A stretch of DNA of 59,728 nt, counting the filler, from Globobulimina sp. (lineage: Eukaryota): the NCBI GenBank assembly GCA_003354225.1. It is 13 parts of 13 records of this genome, joined end to end, with 100 filler letters (N's around TTAATTAATTAA, not from the genome) between each part and the next. Parts side by side here need not be neighbours in the genome. Positions count along the whole stretch, not along the records: positions 1 to 4,509 come from PIVH01001177.1; positions 4,610 to 9,117 come from PIVH01001178.1; positions 9,218 to 13,724 come from PIVH01001179.1; 10 more parts are not named here. One strand, written 5' to 3'. A program made the position numbers and the translations under genes. A model generated the notes under the pieces. That model worked only from the letters and a program-made list of their open reading frames with translations, made no database searches and was not told where the DNA came from. Each line of letters opens with the position of its first letter. Position 1 is the first letter of the stretch. This document shows, piece after piece, positions 1-12,260 of the stretch.

Positions 1-241
1 ATAATCTGTAAAAAACTGTAAATTCAAAGAGTTTACAGTAAAAACAGTAATTTCAAACTGAAAAGCAAAAAGTTAAATGTTACCTTTAACATTTTATTAT
101 TAACCTATTTTCCTTCCTTGCTTTTACGTCTTTCTTCAAATTCTGCCGGACTATTATCCCCTAAAAAGGTGACAGCTAAATTTAAAACGCGACATTTTAA
201 TATATTAAGTACATTCTCAATTGTATTAAACGCAGCCTATA

Positions 242-418
242 CTATCCTATACTAATACTAATACTATCATGAGCTACAATCTGTGTCGCAGTGAAACCAA
301 CTCCCAAATCAATCTCTAATAAATAATCTCCCATTTCATTTGCTGCATCTCTTGTATCATTTACATCTCCATATCCTAACTGACCAAAATCATTCCTCCC
401 CAACCATTTGAGTGCGTC
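242..418 (-). CDS. RCC1-like repeat exon or remnant
   Basis: Manual translation gives DALKWLGRNDFGQLGYGDVNDTRDAANEMGDYLLEIDLGVGFTATQIVAH, containing the RCC1 WGxNxxGQLG motif. It follows a CAG acceptor and stops after one repeat, so it may be a pseudogene fragment. Confidence 0.65.
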   Translation of the reverse strand, partial: DALKWLGRNDFGQLGYGDVNDTRDAANEMGDYLLEIDLGVGFTATQIVAHDSISISIG

Positions 419-970
419 ACTGGTGGGTTTGTTTTAATTCTTTGTTTCTTTGACACCGAATTTTGGAATATTCTTTCACGCCATAACCATTCTTATTTAG
501 CATATAAATAAATTGCTTTTTCATATAGATTTCGACCACTCGTATAACCTCCTGGCTCCGTCTATTCTGGTTGTGGTTTTGGACGTGGACTGGACGATGG
601 TGTGTATGCTGCATATTGGTGCGGATGGTCTACGACGACAACGTGGTGGTCAGTTGTTTTGAGGATGTGGTTGTGAATGTGCCTGTTTGTGATGTGGTCT
701 GTGATGTTTGACGATGGTAACGCCATGGTAACGATGGTTAAAACGATTTTGTACGTTACAAAATAAGAATAAATTCTTTTGTACTTTGTTTTTAAATTTC
801 GCACATTCGCAAGTCCTTTTGTTGGAGCTTGGGAGATCATCAGCCAGTGGTTGATAATGATACAGTATATAAAAATATATATATTTTACATTTAATATAA
901 TAGTATACAAAAAAAACAAAATACTGCACAATACACATAAATAACTGAAATAAGATCACATAGACTATTA

Positions 971-3900
971 TTAAAAAATAGAATATCTTTTATTATGGAC
1001 CCCTTGGGATGAAACTTGTAGTGTCAATGGAGTTAAATGGTTGATGTCATTTGCGCCAATTAGTGGGATATCGGGTGATGTAGGGTTTGATCCGGGATTT
1101 GATGATATTGTCGCTCCGACGCGAAGATGATATCGATACCAGGCACCATCCAATTCCATTAATTGTTTTGTTTGCTCTTTTCTAAACTCTTTGGATGATT
1201 TATTCATTTCATTCATTATCTGTTCAAATCTTTTATCGTTTATTTCCTTTGAACCTGGATACAATCTCTCCGACGATGGGTCTTTACTCAATCCACACCA
1301 ATTTATACTTGCTTCATTTAGTTGATTCTCCTCCTCCTTATCCTCATCTTCATCTTCGTCATCATTATAAATGGATAAATCCAATGGTTTTTCATAAATC
1401 AGAGTTATATTTTGGGCATTTTCAAGTGCGCACTCAATATGCTTTGACAATGAATGATAGATCTCATTATATGCAGTAATGGGCACTTTGATGGTGTCGC
1501 ATTGTATCGGTTTCCTTATTAAATCCTTGGAAATCAATGGAAGTTTGGGTATAACATCTTTGTTTTTTGGATTTAGAATTCTTTTTGTTGACCGCTTATA
1601 ATTCACAGAATTAACAATATTTGAAGCAGCAGCCGATGATCCACCAATATTATATATTGAGCATAACGCAGATTGATACAATTCGTAACAGTGAAATTCT
1701 ACCTTTTTACTCGTATATGTTTGCTCAATATTTCTGAACAATGTCTGTAGATTCAAACAATTATCAATCAACACTTTAAAATTAGTAATACAATGAAAAT
1801 ATACGCAAATTGCTCGATCACTGCCTTCAATCAACTGCATTGTCAACTTATTTGTTAATTTATTGGTATTCAAAAATATATTCCGGCATCGTTGGACAAA
1901 TTTATATAAATTATCTTCTTTCATATTTATTGAATCTAAAAAGGCTAAAAAATTAAAATATGAATTTCCAATCTCTTCCAATGATGATATCGTGTTTTTG
2001 ATTTCTTTTTTAATTTTATGATTTTCTGTCTTCTCTTTTTCCATTTCATTCAATAATTTATCTCTTTCATATAAAATCTCTTGCTTTTCAGACACAATTT
2101 TATTATTCGCACAATTTAGTTTACTGATTTCAAATTGTAATGTTTTATTATCCATTCTATGATTTTCAATCTCATCCTTTAATTTTATTTTGGTTGCATT
2201 CAAAATCTCGCCCAATTCAAGCAACGTTTTCTCGGAATCTTCCATTTTTATTAATAATTTCTTATTGGTTTCCCGCAACATAATCAATCGTTTATCCTTT
2301 GCCGAATGCGATTTTTTGAATGAATCTTCTTCCGCAGCGAGATAACCTTTTAAGTGACGATCTCTTTTGTTTAATTTGGTGGATAATCTGTGTATTGATT
2401 GTAACTGTTCTTCTTTTTGTTTGTCTAAATGCCGAATACTTCGATTTTTACTCTGTAATAAATGCGAATGTTCACTAAATAAACTCTCTACATTTGACAC
2501 GGTTTGGTTTAATGCAACGATCTCTTTATTCAATGCATTTACTTTATTTTTTAATCGTTTATTCTTAATTTTTTCTTCTTTCCTGTCTTTAACTGCTGTT
2601 TGCAATTTCTTTTTGACGCTGGCGTACTGATCAATGCTCTCTGCACTTTCAATAAGAAGTGTTTCTAATTTTGATTTGATTTCAATATTAATATCTGTTA
2701 ATTGTTTCACCTCATTGTTTAAATCGAATATTTCATTCATTAATTCTTCATTAAACCGCAATTGTTTGTTATGCGCTTTATCCTTTTTCTTAAATGCCCC
2801 CTCTCTCTCTTTCTTATATTGTAAATATCGCTTATTCTCTGACTCCAACGTACAACATTCATCTTTCACTGAATTTAATTGTTTTAACATAACATTTATT
2901 TCATTTTCATGTTTTTGCCGCATATTAATTTCAGTTTTATGTAATTCCATTTCATGTTCTCGCGAGCTTTCTAACTCAAATTCTAATGTCTGTATTTTAT
3001 CCATATACACAGCACTCGTATCTTGTAAAGCATTTATGTTCTCCGTCAATGATTTTATTTCAATCTCTTTATTTGCACTCTCTTTCGCATGACTGGTACG
3101 CTGTGATTTTATTTCACAGTATTTATCCTTCCATACATTCAAATGATTCAATACATTCATAGATACACGTCTCTTTTTTTTAAGTTTCGGTTTTTGTTCC
3201 TTGATATTATAAACCTCATTGCCTGATTTTGCTGCAGATAATTTCAACTTTTTCATACCTTTATAATTATACTCATATTCATCAATGGGCAATATAATAT
3301 CATCATTGTTACACAATGTAGCTGGTTCTAATTCACTTATACTCATATTATATGATTTACTTTCTCGTTTTTTCAGATGTTGGTCATCGCAAAAAATGGT
3401 ACCACTGATAAACAATTCATTTTTGTCGTCGTCGTCGTCTTCCTCAATTAATTCTAACTGTGTATTATTCATTAACTGTTCAGCCGCCGTTTGTTTTTCA
3501 TATAAACTGAGCGATTCTTGCAACGCTTTGTTCTCTTCTTCGCTCTCTGCGATTTGACTGTGTGAGCTCTTCAATTCTCGTCGCAAAAAATTCAAAGCCA
3601 ATTCGTTTTTTTGTTTCTCTGACAAAGTGTCAAACTTTTCTTTTTTTAATTGTTGCGCCAATTCACTGATATCGCTGTGTAATGTATCAATTTCGTGCAT
3701 GTATTGATGCGTTGCTTTATCAGATTTTTGCAATTCGAGTTTTAAATCATTTTCCAACCGACATTTTTCTACGTTTAATAGGGAATATTTATTTTGTAAA
3801 GTTATCAAAACATTTTCAGTGTTTTCAATTTGCTCATATTTCTGATTGCCATCCAATTCGAATTTATTTTTCTCTTTTAAAATTTGTTGGAAACGTTTCT

Positions 3901-4096
3901 CTAAATTTTGTATTTCGGTTTCAAAGTTCTGTCTGGTTTCTGATAAAATGAGATCTGTTGCATGTTTATTTGTTTCCGATGTTTTAATTAATTGTAGGTA
4001 TTTTGCGTGCATTCGGTCATAATCTTCTTTCAATTCGTCATGTAATCTTTTACTGTTTTCCTCATTAGTTTGTGCTGTGATTATTTTATCCTCCAA
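971..4096 (-). CDS. Large coiled-coil protein, probable terminal exon (>1040 aa)
   Basis: 3.1-kb open frame rich in E/K/L heptads. It starts at TTG directly after a TAG acceptor (AG at 4098-4097), so an upstream exon is likely. Confidence 0.8.
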   Translation of the reverse strand: MEDKIITAQTNEENSKRLHDELKEDYDRMHAKYLQLIKTSETNKHATDLILSETRQNFETEIQNLEKRFQQILKEKNKFELDGNQKYEQIENTENVLITLQNKYSLLNVEKCRLENDLKLELQKSDKATHQYMHEIDTLHSDISELAQQLKKEKFDTLSEKQKNELALNFLRRELKSSHSQIAESEEENKALQESLSLYEKQTAAEQLMNNTQLELIEEDDDDDKNELFISGTIFCDDQHLKKRESKSYNMSISELEPATLCNNDDIILPIDEYEYNYKGMKKLKLSAAKSGNEVYNIKEQKPKLKKKRRVSMNVLNHLNVWKDKYCEIKSQRTSHAKESANKEIEIKSLTENINALQDTSAVYMDKIQTLEFELESSREHEMELHKTEINMRQKHENEINVMLKQLNSVKDECCTLESENKRYLQYKKEREGAFKKKDKAHNKQLRFNEELMNEIFDLNNEVKQLTDINIEIKSKLETLLIESAESIDQYASVKKKLQTAVKDRKEEKIKNKRLKNKVNALNKEIVALNQTVSNVESLFSEHSHLLQSKNRSIRHLDKQKEEQLQSIHRLSTKLNKRDRHLKGYLAAEEDSFKKSHSAKDKRLIMLRETNKKLLIKMEDSEKTLLELGEILNATKIKLKDEIENHRMDNKTLQFEISKLNCANNKIVSEKQEILYERDKLLNEMEKEKTENHKIKKEIKNTISSLEEIGNSYFNFLAFLDSINMKEDNLYKFVQRCRNIFLNTNKLTNKLTMQLIEGSDRAICVYFHCITNFKVLIDNCLNLQTLFRNIEQTYTSKKVEFHCYELYQSALCSIYNIGGSSAAASNIVNSVNYKRSTKRILNPKNKDVIPKLPLISKDLIRKPIQCDTIKVPITAYNEIYHSLSKHIECALENAQNITLIYEKPLDLSIYNDDEDEDEDKEEENQLNEASINWCGLSKDPSSERLYPGSKEINDKRFEQIMNEMNKSSKEFRKEQTKQLMELDGAWYRYHLRVGATISSNPGSNPTSPDIPLIGANDINHLTPLTLQVSSQGVHNKRYSIF

Positions 4097-4509
4097 CTAT
4101 AGTTGTGTATAAATGAGAGTTTTCCTAAGTATTTACTAACAGTTTTCTGACATTTTCTGGTACAAAATTAGAAAACGTTAAACGTGGTCAGATAATCAAA
4201 ATAGTCAGAATAGTCAGAAAAGTCAGAAAAGTCAGTATAAAGTAGATAGATTGAAACAAGATATTATGATTGAAAAGAATAACTTTTATGCAAAATTCTC
4301 AATATTTATGAAGAAAAATATTATTAAGTCTTTAAAAAATCATTTTACAATACAATAATTTATTTATTCTATGTCTTATTGTTTATGTTGTTTTATTTAA
4401 TCTTATCTATGTGAAACATTTTTGTGTATTGTGTATCTGTTATGTGCTATTTTTGTGTTATTTTTGATTGTGATACAACAAAAACGTTTGTGTCCATGTT
4501 TTTGTTATA

Positions 4510-4609
4510 NNNNNNNNNNNNNNNNNNNNNNNNNNNNNNNNNNNNNNNNNNNNTTAATTAATTAANNNNNNNNNNNNNNNNNNNNNNNNNNNNNNNNNNN
4601 NNNNNNNNN
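4510..4609. other. Artificial contig spacer (N44-TTAATTAATTAA-N44); 12 copies in the window
   Basis: Identical 100-nt spacers at 4510, 9118, 13725, 18331, 22936, 27538, 32139, 36740, 41340, 45939, 50537 and 55134. Contig lengths between them run down from 4509 to 4495 bp. Confidence 0.99.
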
Positions 4610-5238
4610 CATAATAATTTTGTCGAATTTCATTTTCTCTTATCTTTATCGTATTAGTTGTAAAACGTTTTAAAGTCATTTTAATGGATTAAAAGTAGAT
4701 TTTCGTTGATCGGGTCGATATTACGAAATTCGAAGATTTGGCAGCTCACGGCCGAAACGGCTGACGATTTTGGTTATTTTATGATCCGTACATATCGTAC
4801 GCATAGTTTTAAAACGTTTTTAACTAGTTTTAGTGGATTAAAAGTCGATTTTCGGCGATCGGGTCGACATTCGGGAATTCGAAGATTTGGCAGCTCACTG
4901 CCGAATCTGGAAGTCATTTTGTTCTACTATATGTAGACTACTAACTCCCATCCAATTTTCAGCCCGATCAGCCCACTCAATAAAATTTTACAACAATTTC
5001 CGTAAATTTGGTCGTTTTCCAGACTTCCGGATACCGTATTCACGATTCCGAGGTCGGATCGGCTAACAAAAAAAAGTATCTCGAGCGTCGATGGTCTAGT
5101 ATCTGTGTTCAAAATTTCAGCCCGATCCGTGCATTAGAAAAAAAGTTATGGTCCCGGAGACAGAAAAAAAGAAAAAAAAAAGAAAAAAAACACGGGACAG
5201 CGGTGACGACTACAGTGGCCCCTTCGGGGTCACAAAAA
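4610..5238 (+). mobile_element. Non-autonomous Helentron/HINE-like interspersed repeat (3' part)
   Basis: Two ~100-bp imperfect repeats about 149 bp apart (~4657-4756, ~4806-4905), a repeated TTTCAGCCCGATC, an A-rich spacer, then a GC hairpin GTGGCCCC-TTC-GGGGTCAC (5215-5233) ending in an A run. Confidence 0.5.
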
Positions 5239-8200
5239 GAGGCTCTCGAAGGTGAACTTAGTGATACAGAAACAAGTCAAAAGAAAGTACAGTACTATTT
5301 AGGTAGCGTTATACCTAAAAATATCCCTGATAAAGATGTTTTGATGATGACAGCAGTAACGGATGCTAGGAATAGTCATACAAAACTAAAACATGAATGT
5401 AGAATAATATTGGACATCGGATCACAACGATGTTTCATTTTGAAGTCATTAAGTGAAAAGTTACAGTTGAAACCTATTAGACATGAAACGATTACGATAC
5501 AAAGTTTCAACAACAAAACTATACATGAATTACCGATAGTAGAGGTACAGATACAGTTGCAGGATAAAACATTTATAACGATCGAAGCGGATGTAAAGGA
5601 TGAAATAGCGGGTCCTATAAAGAAGGTCGCCATTGATCCATCCAAATATGATAATCTAAAAGATGTTACGTTAGCTGAGCCAATAATAAAAAGGTCACAG
5701 GACGTAAAAATTGACATTCTGATTGGCAGCGATTACTATGGTAAATTCGTTCCGTCGGAAAAATTAACAGACGATTTATATATGTTTCCCTCGAAACTGG
5801 GTTATCTCATATCGGGTACTATTGAATGTAAAAACGATAATAAAGCCGAAAAAATAATTCAACAAAATTTCGTGTCAACAAAGGTTATAGATACGGAAAA
5901 ATTTGAGCCAGATTTAGAAAATTTGTGGTTTGTCGCAGAGTCAGACACAGATACTGGTTTTACAAGAGACGATGAAATCGCACAAAAACACTTCGATGAT
6001 ACAGTAAAATTTAACGTAGATGAAAAGCGATATGAAGTTCAATATCCATATAAAGATAAAAGTAAAGAGTTAAATGATAATTATGAAGTCGCACATTTAC
6101 GTTTACGCTCATTACTTAAAAACTTGAAAAAACACCCTGGTATGTTAGAAAAATATGATCAAGTATTTAAAGAGCATCTAAAATTAGGAATTATCGAAGA
6201 AGTAACACCGGATATGGAAACCGGCGAAAGGACATATTATATTCCTCATCATTGCGTTATTAAACCTGACAGAGCAACGACAAAAATCAGAGTAGTTTAT
6301 GACGCATCAAGTAAACAAAAACCAGAGGATAGTAGTCTAAACGAGCTTTTATATCGAGGTCCAGTGGGACTCGAAGATATTGTCGGACTATGGTTACGAT
6401 TCCGTAAAGAAAACATAGGAATAGTCGCAGACATAGAAAAAGCATTTTTACAAATTCTCGTAGCACTAATGGATAGAGACGTAAACAGAATACTTTGGGT
6501 ACGAGATATAAACAAGCCGCTTACTGCTGACAATCTAATCATATACAGATTTGCAAGAGTCGGTTTTGGAGTAATATGCAGTCCGTTCCTATTGATGGCC
6601 ACAATAAGACATCATTTAAAACTTGTTGTCAGTAATAAAGACATTGCTGAAAAAATAGCTAAAAATTTATATGTCGATAACGTGATAGTAAGCGAACCGG
6701 ACTTAGAAAAAGCATTACAATTTTACAAAGCGTCCAAGGATATATTCGCACAGGCAGCAATGAATTTAAGAGAATGGAGTTCCAATTCACAAGAGTTTAT
6801 CGAAAACTTGCCCCAAAATGATAAAGCAAAGGGTGACATAATAAAGGTTTTGGGAATAAATTGGGACTTAAAGAACGATCTCATTTCATTAGTTGATCCA
6901 AAATTAAACGAGATAAAAGTAAAAACAAAAAGAAATTTGACGAAAGCAATCGCAAAGTTATTCGATCCATTAGGTTTATTTTGCCCCTACACCGCAGCTG
7001 GTAAATTATTATTGCAAACAGTATGGAAAAGCGGTTTAGACTGGGATGAAAATTTGCCGTCCGATATAAAAGAGCAATGGGAAAAGATAAAACATGTATT
7101 AAACATTGTACCTACAATAAAATTACCCAGAATAGTAGGGCCAATAAAATCAGAATATACGTTAGAATTACATTGCTTCACAGACGCATCAGAGAAAGCT
7201 TACGCAGCGGCCATTTATTTACGTATAATCAATGACGATAAAATAACTGTAAAATTAGTCTATGCCAAGAATAGATTAGCCCCCATTAAAAGAAAACAAA
7301 AACCAATTTCAATACCAAGGTTAGAGTTAATGGGTGTTGCATTAGGTGTAAAATGGGTACAGTTTGTCAAAGAACAACTACGTAGTCGTATTTCGCGCAT
7401 CATTGTATGGTCAGATTCAAAATGTGTATTAACTTGGATCAGCACTAAAAAGGTATTGCCCATATTCGAAACTAATCGCATTAAACAAATAAAAATGGCT
7501 GAAGGATTAGAATTTCGGTATGTACCAACAAAGGATAACCCCGCAGACATACCTACAAAACCACAGGAAAAATTTGACAAAAGTTTGTGGTGGGACGGTC
7601 CAAATTGGTTAAATAAAGTAGAATCTAAATGGGCATGTGAAAAGATACAGGATGCGGAAATTAGTACAGTATTAGTGACATTAACTGATCATATCAAAGC
7701 ACCATTAGATATAAATATTGAAGATTTTTCGTCATTAAATCGGTTAATAAAAGCTACTGCAAGAGCGCATAGATTTTGTTTTAATATAAAAAGTCGATTG
7801 CCAGCGTACGAACAGAACCAAGTACCTACATATTTACAACATATATATTGGGCAAAACGAGCTTGGGAAATGTATACGCAAGACCAAGAATACGCACATA
7901 TAAAGAAGTCAATAAGTAAAAATGAAAAAGGTGCATTCATTAGAGACTTGGGTTTGTACATGGATAAAAATGGTCTAATTAGATGTAAAGGTAGATTAGA
8001 AAATACGAATTTACCAGAAGACACAAAATATCCTAAATTGTTACCAAGACATAGCTATTTTACAAAATTAGTCATAGAGAGATGCCACACGCGTTTAATG
8101 CACTCTGGGGACAAACAAACATTAGCGCAGTTACGGCACGAGTACTGGATACCGCAAGGAAGAGCACAAGTACATGCAGTAATAAAAAATTGTAAAGAAT

Positions 8201-9117
8201 GCAAAAGGTTTTGGTGTGGAACATTCCAACCACCCGCGGCGCCTCCTTGGCCAACGTTTAGAGTGAATCCCAGTCAACCATTTGAATATATCGGTATAGA
8301 TTACTGGGGACCAATCGAAATAAAAAGTTACAAACAAAACGAAAAGATATGGGTTTGTCTATTCACATGCGCTTCTACGAGAGCCATACATTTAGAAGTC
8401 GTTACCGATATGACAAAAAACGAATTTATCGATGCTTTAAAACGGTTTATAGCGCGTAGAGGTCGGCCAAAAATAATTATATCTGACAACGCAAAACATT
8501 TTAAAGCAGCAAATAAATCATTAGAAATCCTTTGGAAATCAGTAAAAGATTATACAAACACCGAAGGTATTGAATGGAAATTTATAATAGAGTTAGCACC
8601 CTGGATGGGAGGGTTTTATGAAAGACTAATCGGTACTATAAAACGGAGTATTCAGAAAACTGTAGGATGTAAACTCTTGACATTGGCGCAGTTTCAGACC
8701 CTTGTAACTCAAGTAGAGGCTGTCGTAAATACACGCCCGTTAACTACAGTAGACAGTAAAGACGTAAATGATTTTTGTCTGACCCCTGCACATTTGCTTT
8801 TTACAAACCCTCAATTAGGTTTGCCTAATGCGGAACTTGAATTAGATCCAGAATATAAATTAAAACCAGATAATTCAGACAAAATAATAAAGTTTTGGTA
8901 CAGTGGCCAAAAGGCAATAAAGTATTTTTGGAAAGTTTGGAAAAACGATTATTTATTGAGTCTGCGAGAACAAAATTGGAACAAAATAATACGAGGTGCA
9001 AGCACTGATAAACCAAAAGTAGGTACAATCGTATTAATAAAAGAAAGCACGCCTAGGGCACAATGGACAATGGCAAAAATTGAAGAATTAATCAGTAAAG
9101 ATGGGCTATGTCGAGCC
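5239..9117 (+). mobile_element. pol: BEL/Pao LTR retrotransposon pol polyprotein (protease, RT, RNase H, zinc finger, integrase); gag and LTRs not in contig
   Basis: ILDIGSQ protease; YYIPHH..V, RVVYDAS, ADIEKAFLQI and NLYVDN (RT); FTDASEKAYAA..Y..K.RLAP..SIPRLEL (RNase H); H..H..C..C; GIDYWGP, SDNAKHF and APWMGGFYERL (integrase); FW..W...YL..LRE tail. The frame is uninterrupted to the contig end. Confidence 0.96.
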
Positions 9118-9217
9118 NNNNNNNNNNNNNNNNNNNNNNNNNNNNNNNNNNNNNNNNNNNNTTAATTAATTAANNNNNNNNNNNNNNNNNNNNNNNNNNN
9201 NNNNNNNNNNNNNNNNN

Positions 9218-9806
9218 CAAATACTTGGTTGCATCCTTGGTCGTTGAGTACAGCTCCATCGCCGGCCATTGTTGGTTGCCAAGGAATGCTCTGTCTCTGT
9301 CTCGGAGTGTTGCTGATATTCCATCTTCCTTCGCCATGAAATGTGGCTCCGATGCAACCATCTCCTCTGCAAACAGCTGAGCATTGGGAGGATGCCAAAC
9401 ATTCTATATTTGCACCAAATGCTGCCAAATGACCAAATATCTCAATACTTCCGCCATTTGGTAGTGATATAGTTGTGTTTGAAAGAGAGTATGCGCCAAA
9501 TCCTCTGATATCTGATGTTGAGTTAATAATGGAATTGGAGCAACTTCCTGTTCCCAAACAGTCCATTCCTTCCACCGTCACCGTTGAATCGCTGCAACTC
9601 TCTGAACCGTAACAGCCTGCATATCCTGGAGCGTCAAAGCTGGAGTTGGCTGCACACGAACTTGATCCTTGACAAACAATGTTGTTTCCAGATGATATTT
9701 GAGCTTTGCTTGAACAGCTAAATGATGCATGACATCCTATACTCTCACCATTTACCGTGGTCACTGTAGCTCCATCTGAACATTCCCTATATCTCGAACA
9801 AGACAC
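9218..9806 (-). CDS. Cys/Gly/Ser-rich surface protein exon (CxGxxSC repeats), partial
   Basis: Repeated C-x-G-x-x-S-C units. The exon follows an AG acceptor near 9806-9807 and runs off the contig. Confidence 0.7.
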
Positions 9807-9943
9807 TATATATAAATAAAAACCATATAATGTGATTTATATTGACTTTACAGTTTTCACTAATTGGTGTTGAAAGCATCAAAACTAAAATAATCCTCTA
9901 AAAAAGTACTATTTACAAAATCGACATGCATTATATATAAAAA

Positions 9944-12214
9944 TCATTTTCCGTCATGGCCTGGGTGTATCATAGCCATTTGACTTTGAATATAATGCTG
10001 CTGCGGTTGAATCATAGCCATTTGACTCTGTATATAATGTTGTGGTGGTTGCATCTGCTGTGGCTGTGGCATGATCATTTGAGATTGCTGCTGAAGATAA
10101 TGACTTGGCATATAATTATAACTATGCATATGTCCAATTATTGGTGGTTTTGCTACCGGAACATTACTATTTATCTCATCTTTATGTTGCAAAATAGGTT
10201 TCTCCTCAATCTCAACCATCTCAACCAATTCATTTTCATTTTCAATTTCATCCTCTTGCTCATCTACAGTCTGTACAGCAACATGCGGCATAATCATAGC
10301 CATTTGATATTGAATGAAATGCTGATCCGGTTGCTGTTGCTTTGATGGTGGCGCTGTCATCACAGCAGACACTGCTGTTTTATTTCCATGATTCTTATCT
10401 CTTTGTTTCTGTTCCAACTGAGTTTGTTCAGCGGTTTTCTGTCCCAATACAAATATGGATGGCGACAACTTATAAATAATAATCAATACGACCAACAACG
10501 CAAAAATAACAATTAATATTTCAAGCGGATAACAGTCGTTTCTAAAATCACCAAATTCATTGCAAATGCCATTTATCTCAATTTTATACAATATTTTACC
10601 AAAAACGCTATTCTTTATAAACAATGGTAAATCGTAATGGAAATAAACGCCAAGAATACTCAATCCGACACAGAATAATGTCCATACAAATATATCAGTG
10701 ATGCGCATAAAATACGCCAATTCCAAGCCAAACCTTTCGTGGCTGAATATTAACCATGTTGCCGCTGCATAGATTTTCTGACCAAAAGTATATTTGACAG
10801 GGATCTTTTTAGTAATACAACAGCAACAGGCAGCCAATGCATATTTCCATGCAACTTCAGCTAATAAGATAACAAAACCAATCAAGCCGCCATAGATCGA
10901 CGAAACCATCATAAACCTCAAAGCTCTCAACAATGTCTCAACCAATGCGCGAATACGGAACAATATGACTCTCTGCGTGCGACTTCTTCCACCAACGTCT
11001 CCATCAAACCCCTTAACCATCGGCTCGATGCGAGACCTGTTATAATTTATAAATTGAACGAATTAATACACGTCACAGCATCCAGGCACATACCAAGCAG
11101 CGGCTGACAGCGCAGCGAAGGAGTTATAACAAGCATAGAGCAGGAAGTAAAATTCTATATTGCTATTTGGATAACGTATATCATTGAGCTGTCGTGTATT
11201 ATTACTGTACAACAAGTATTGTCCGACAATATAAATCTGAATACATTCTAATATCGGCGATTCGAAGAAGTTTATTACCAAATTGTAGCGTAACCAGCTA
11301 TTATCGATAAGTTGTTCATATTTGTGTTTGTTGTACATATTTGTTTGGCATTGTAGATATATTAAATGCAACCAGATATAAAGCGGAGTGGCATAAAACA
11401 TTGAGATTAAAAATGAAAAACAAAATGAATGCCGGTTTTTATATATCAACAAGGCGGATTTTGCATAAAATGACTGTGCCATTAATCCGCCAACAAGGGC
11501 TGCAACGGTGACTGCGCAATATCCATATTCTTGACTCGAAATATAATCTCTGATGACTTGATAATTTGCGTATAAACCCGCATAATAACCAAAAGGTCCA
11601 ATGATTTGCCACGACATTAATGCGATATATTTAAGTCTTGAAAGTCCTCTTTTTTTCCTCGATGGCGCCTTTTTAGTCAAATAACAATGTTGTAAGACTT
11701 GGAAAATTAATTCATATCTCACACTGATTGGTAACACATTATCGGTATTATGATTTATATGCATATCTGGAATATGCTGCTTCGTCTCTTCAGTCGTTTT
11801 AATTGGTTCAATCATCATTCGTTGCTTTTCTATGTAATGATCAGACGATATCTGAGGCTGTTGTTGAATCATTGCGCTTTGCTGCTGAATGTAATGTTGC
11901 TTTGTTTGTGGTTCTGTTGGTGGCTGAGATGTTGTTATCGGTGATGTGTTTGCAATATTTTTATATTTGTAACATGGGAAACCATCCACATCAAATTGTA
12001 AATAATTACATTCTCTCCAATCAGCGTCTGGACCCAGCTGTTGTGGTAATACATTTCCATTTAAACCATTATGGTATACGTATTTTAAAAATATACTCTG
12101 TTCTTCATTGGTTGGGTAATAATGATCTTTTAACCCATACATTTCATAATGTTTTCCCAATGCATTGTCGATTTCTTTAAATGTAGTTGGTGTCTTTTCT
12201 TTCTTTTTGGGCAT
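9944..12214 (-). CDS. Multi-pass membrane protein, XK-related/scramblase-like, with an unnamed N-terminal domain and Q/M-rich tail; 2 exons
   Basis: ORFs 11063-12214 and 9944-11020 join in frame through a 57-nt GTATGT...ACAG intron (11093-11037), giving AAAW|SRIEPMV. Several hydrophobic helices, FFESPILECIQIY (XK ES.PQ..LQ-like) and QQHYIQSQMAMI repeats. Confidence 0.65.
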
Positions 12215-12260
12215 GTTTTTAGAACAAAAAGATTTTCAGTTTCAGCAAAAACCTAAACGT

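Noticed and set aside
5008-5238. N-terminal extension of the Pao ORF read as gag
   Set aside because: No gag or zinc-knuckle features; it is a chance open frame through the adjacent repeat.
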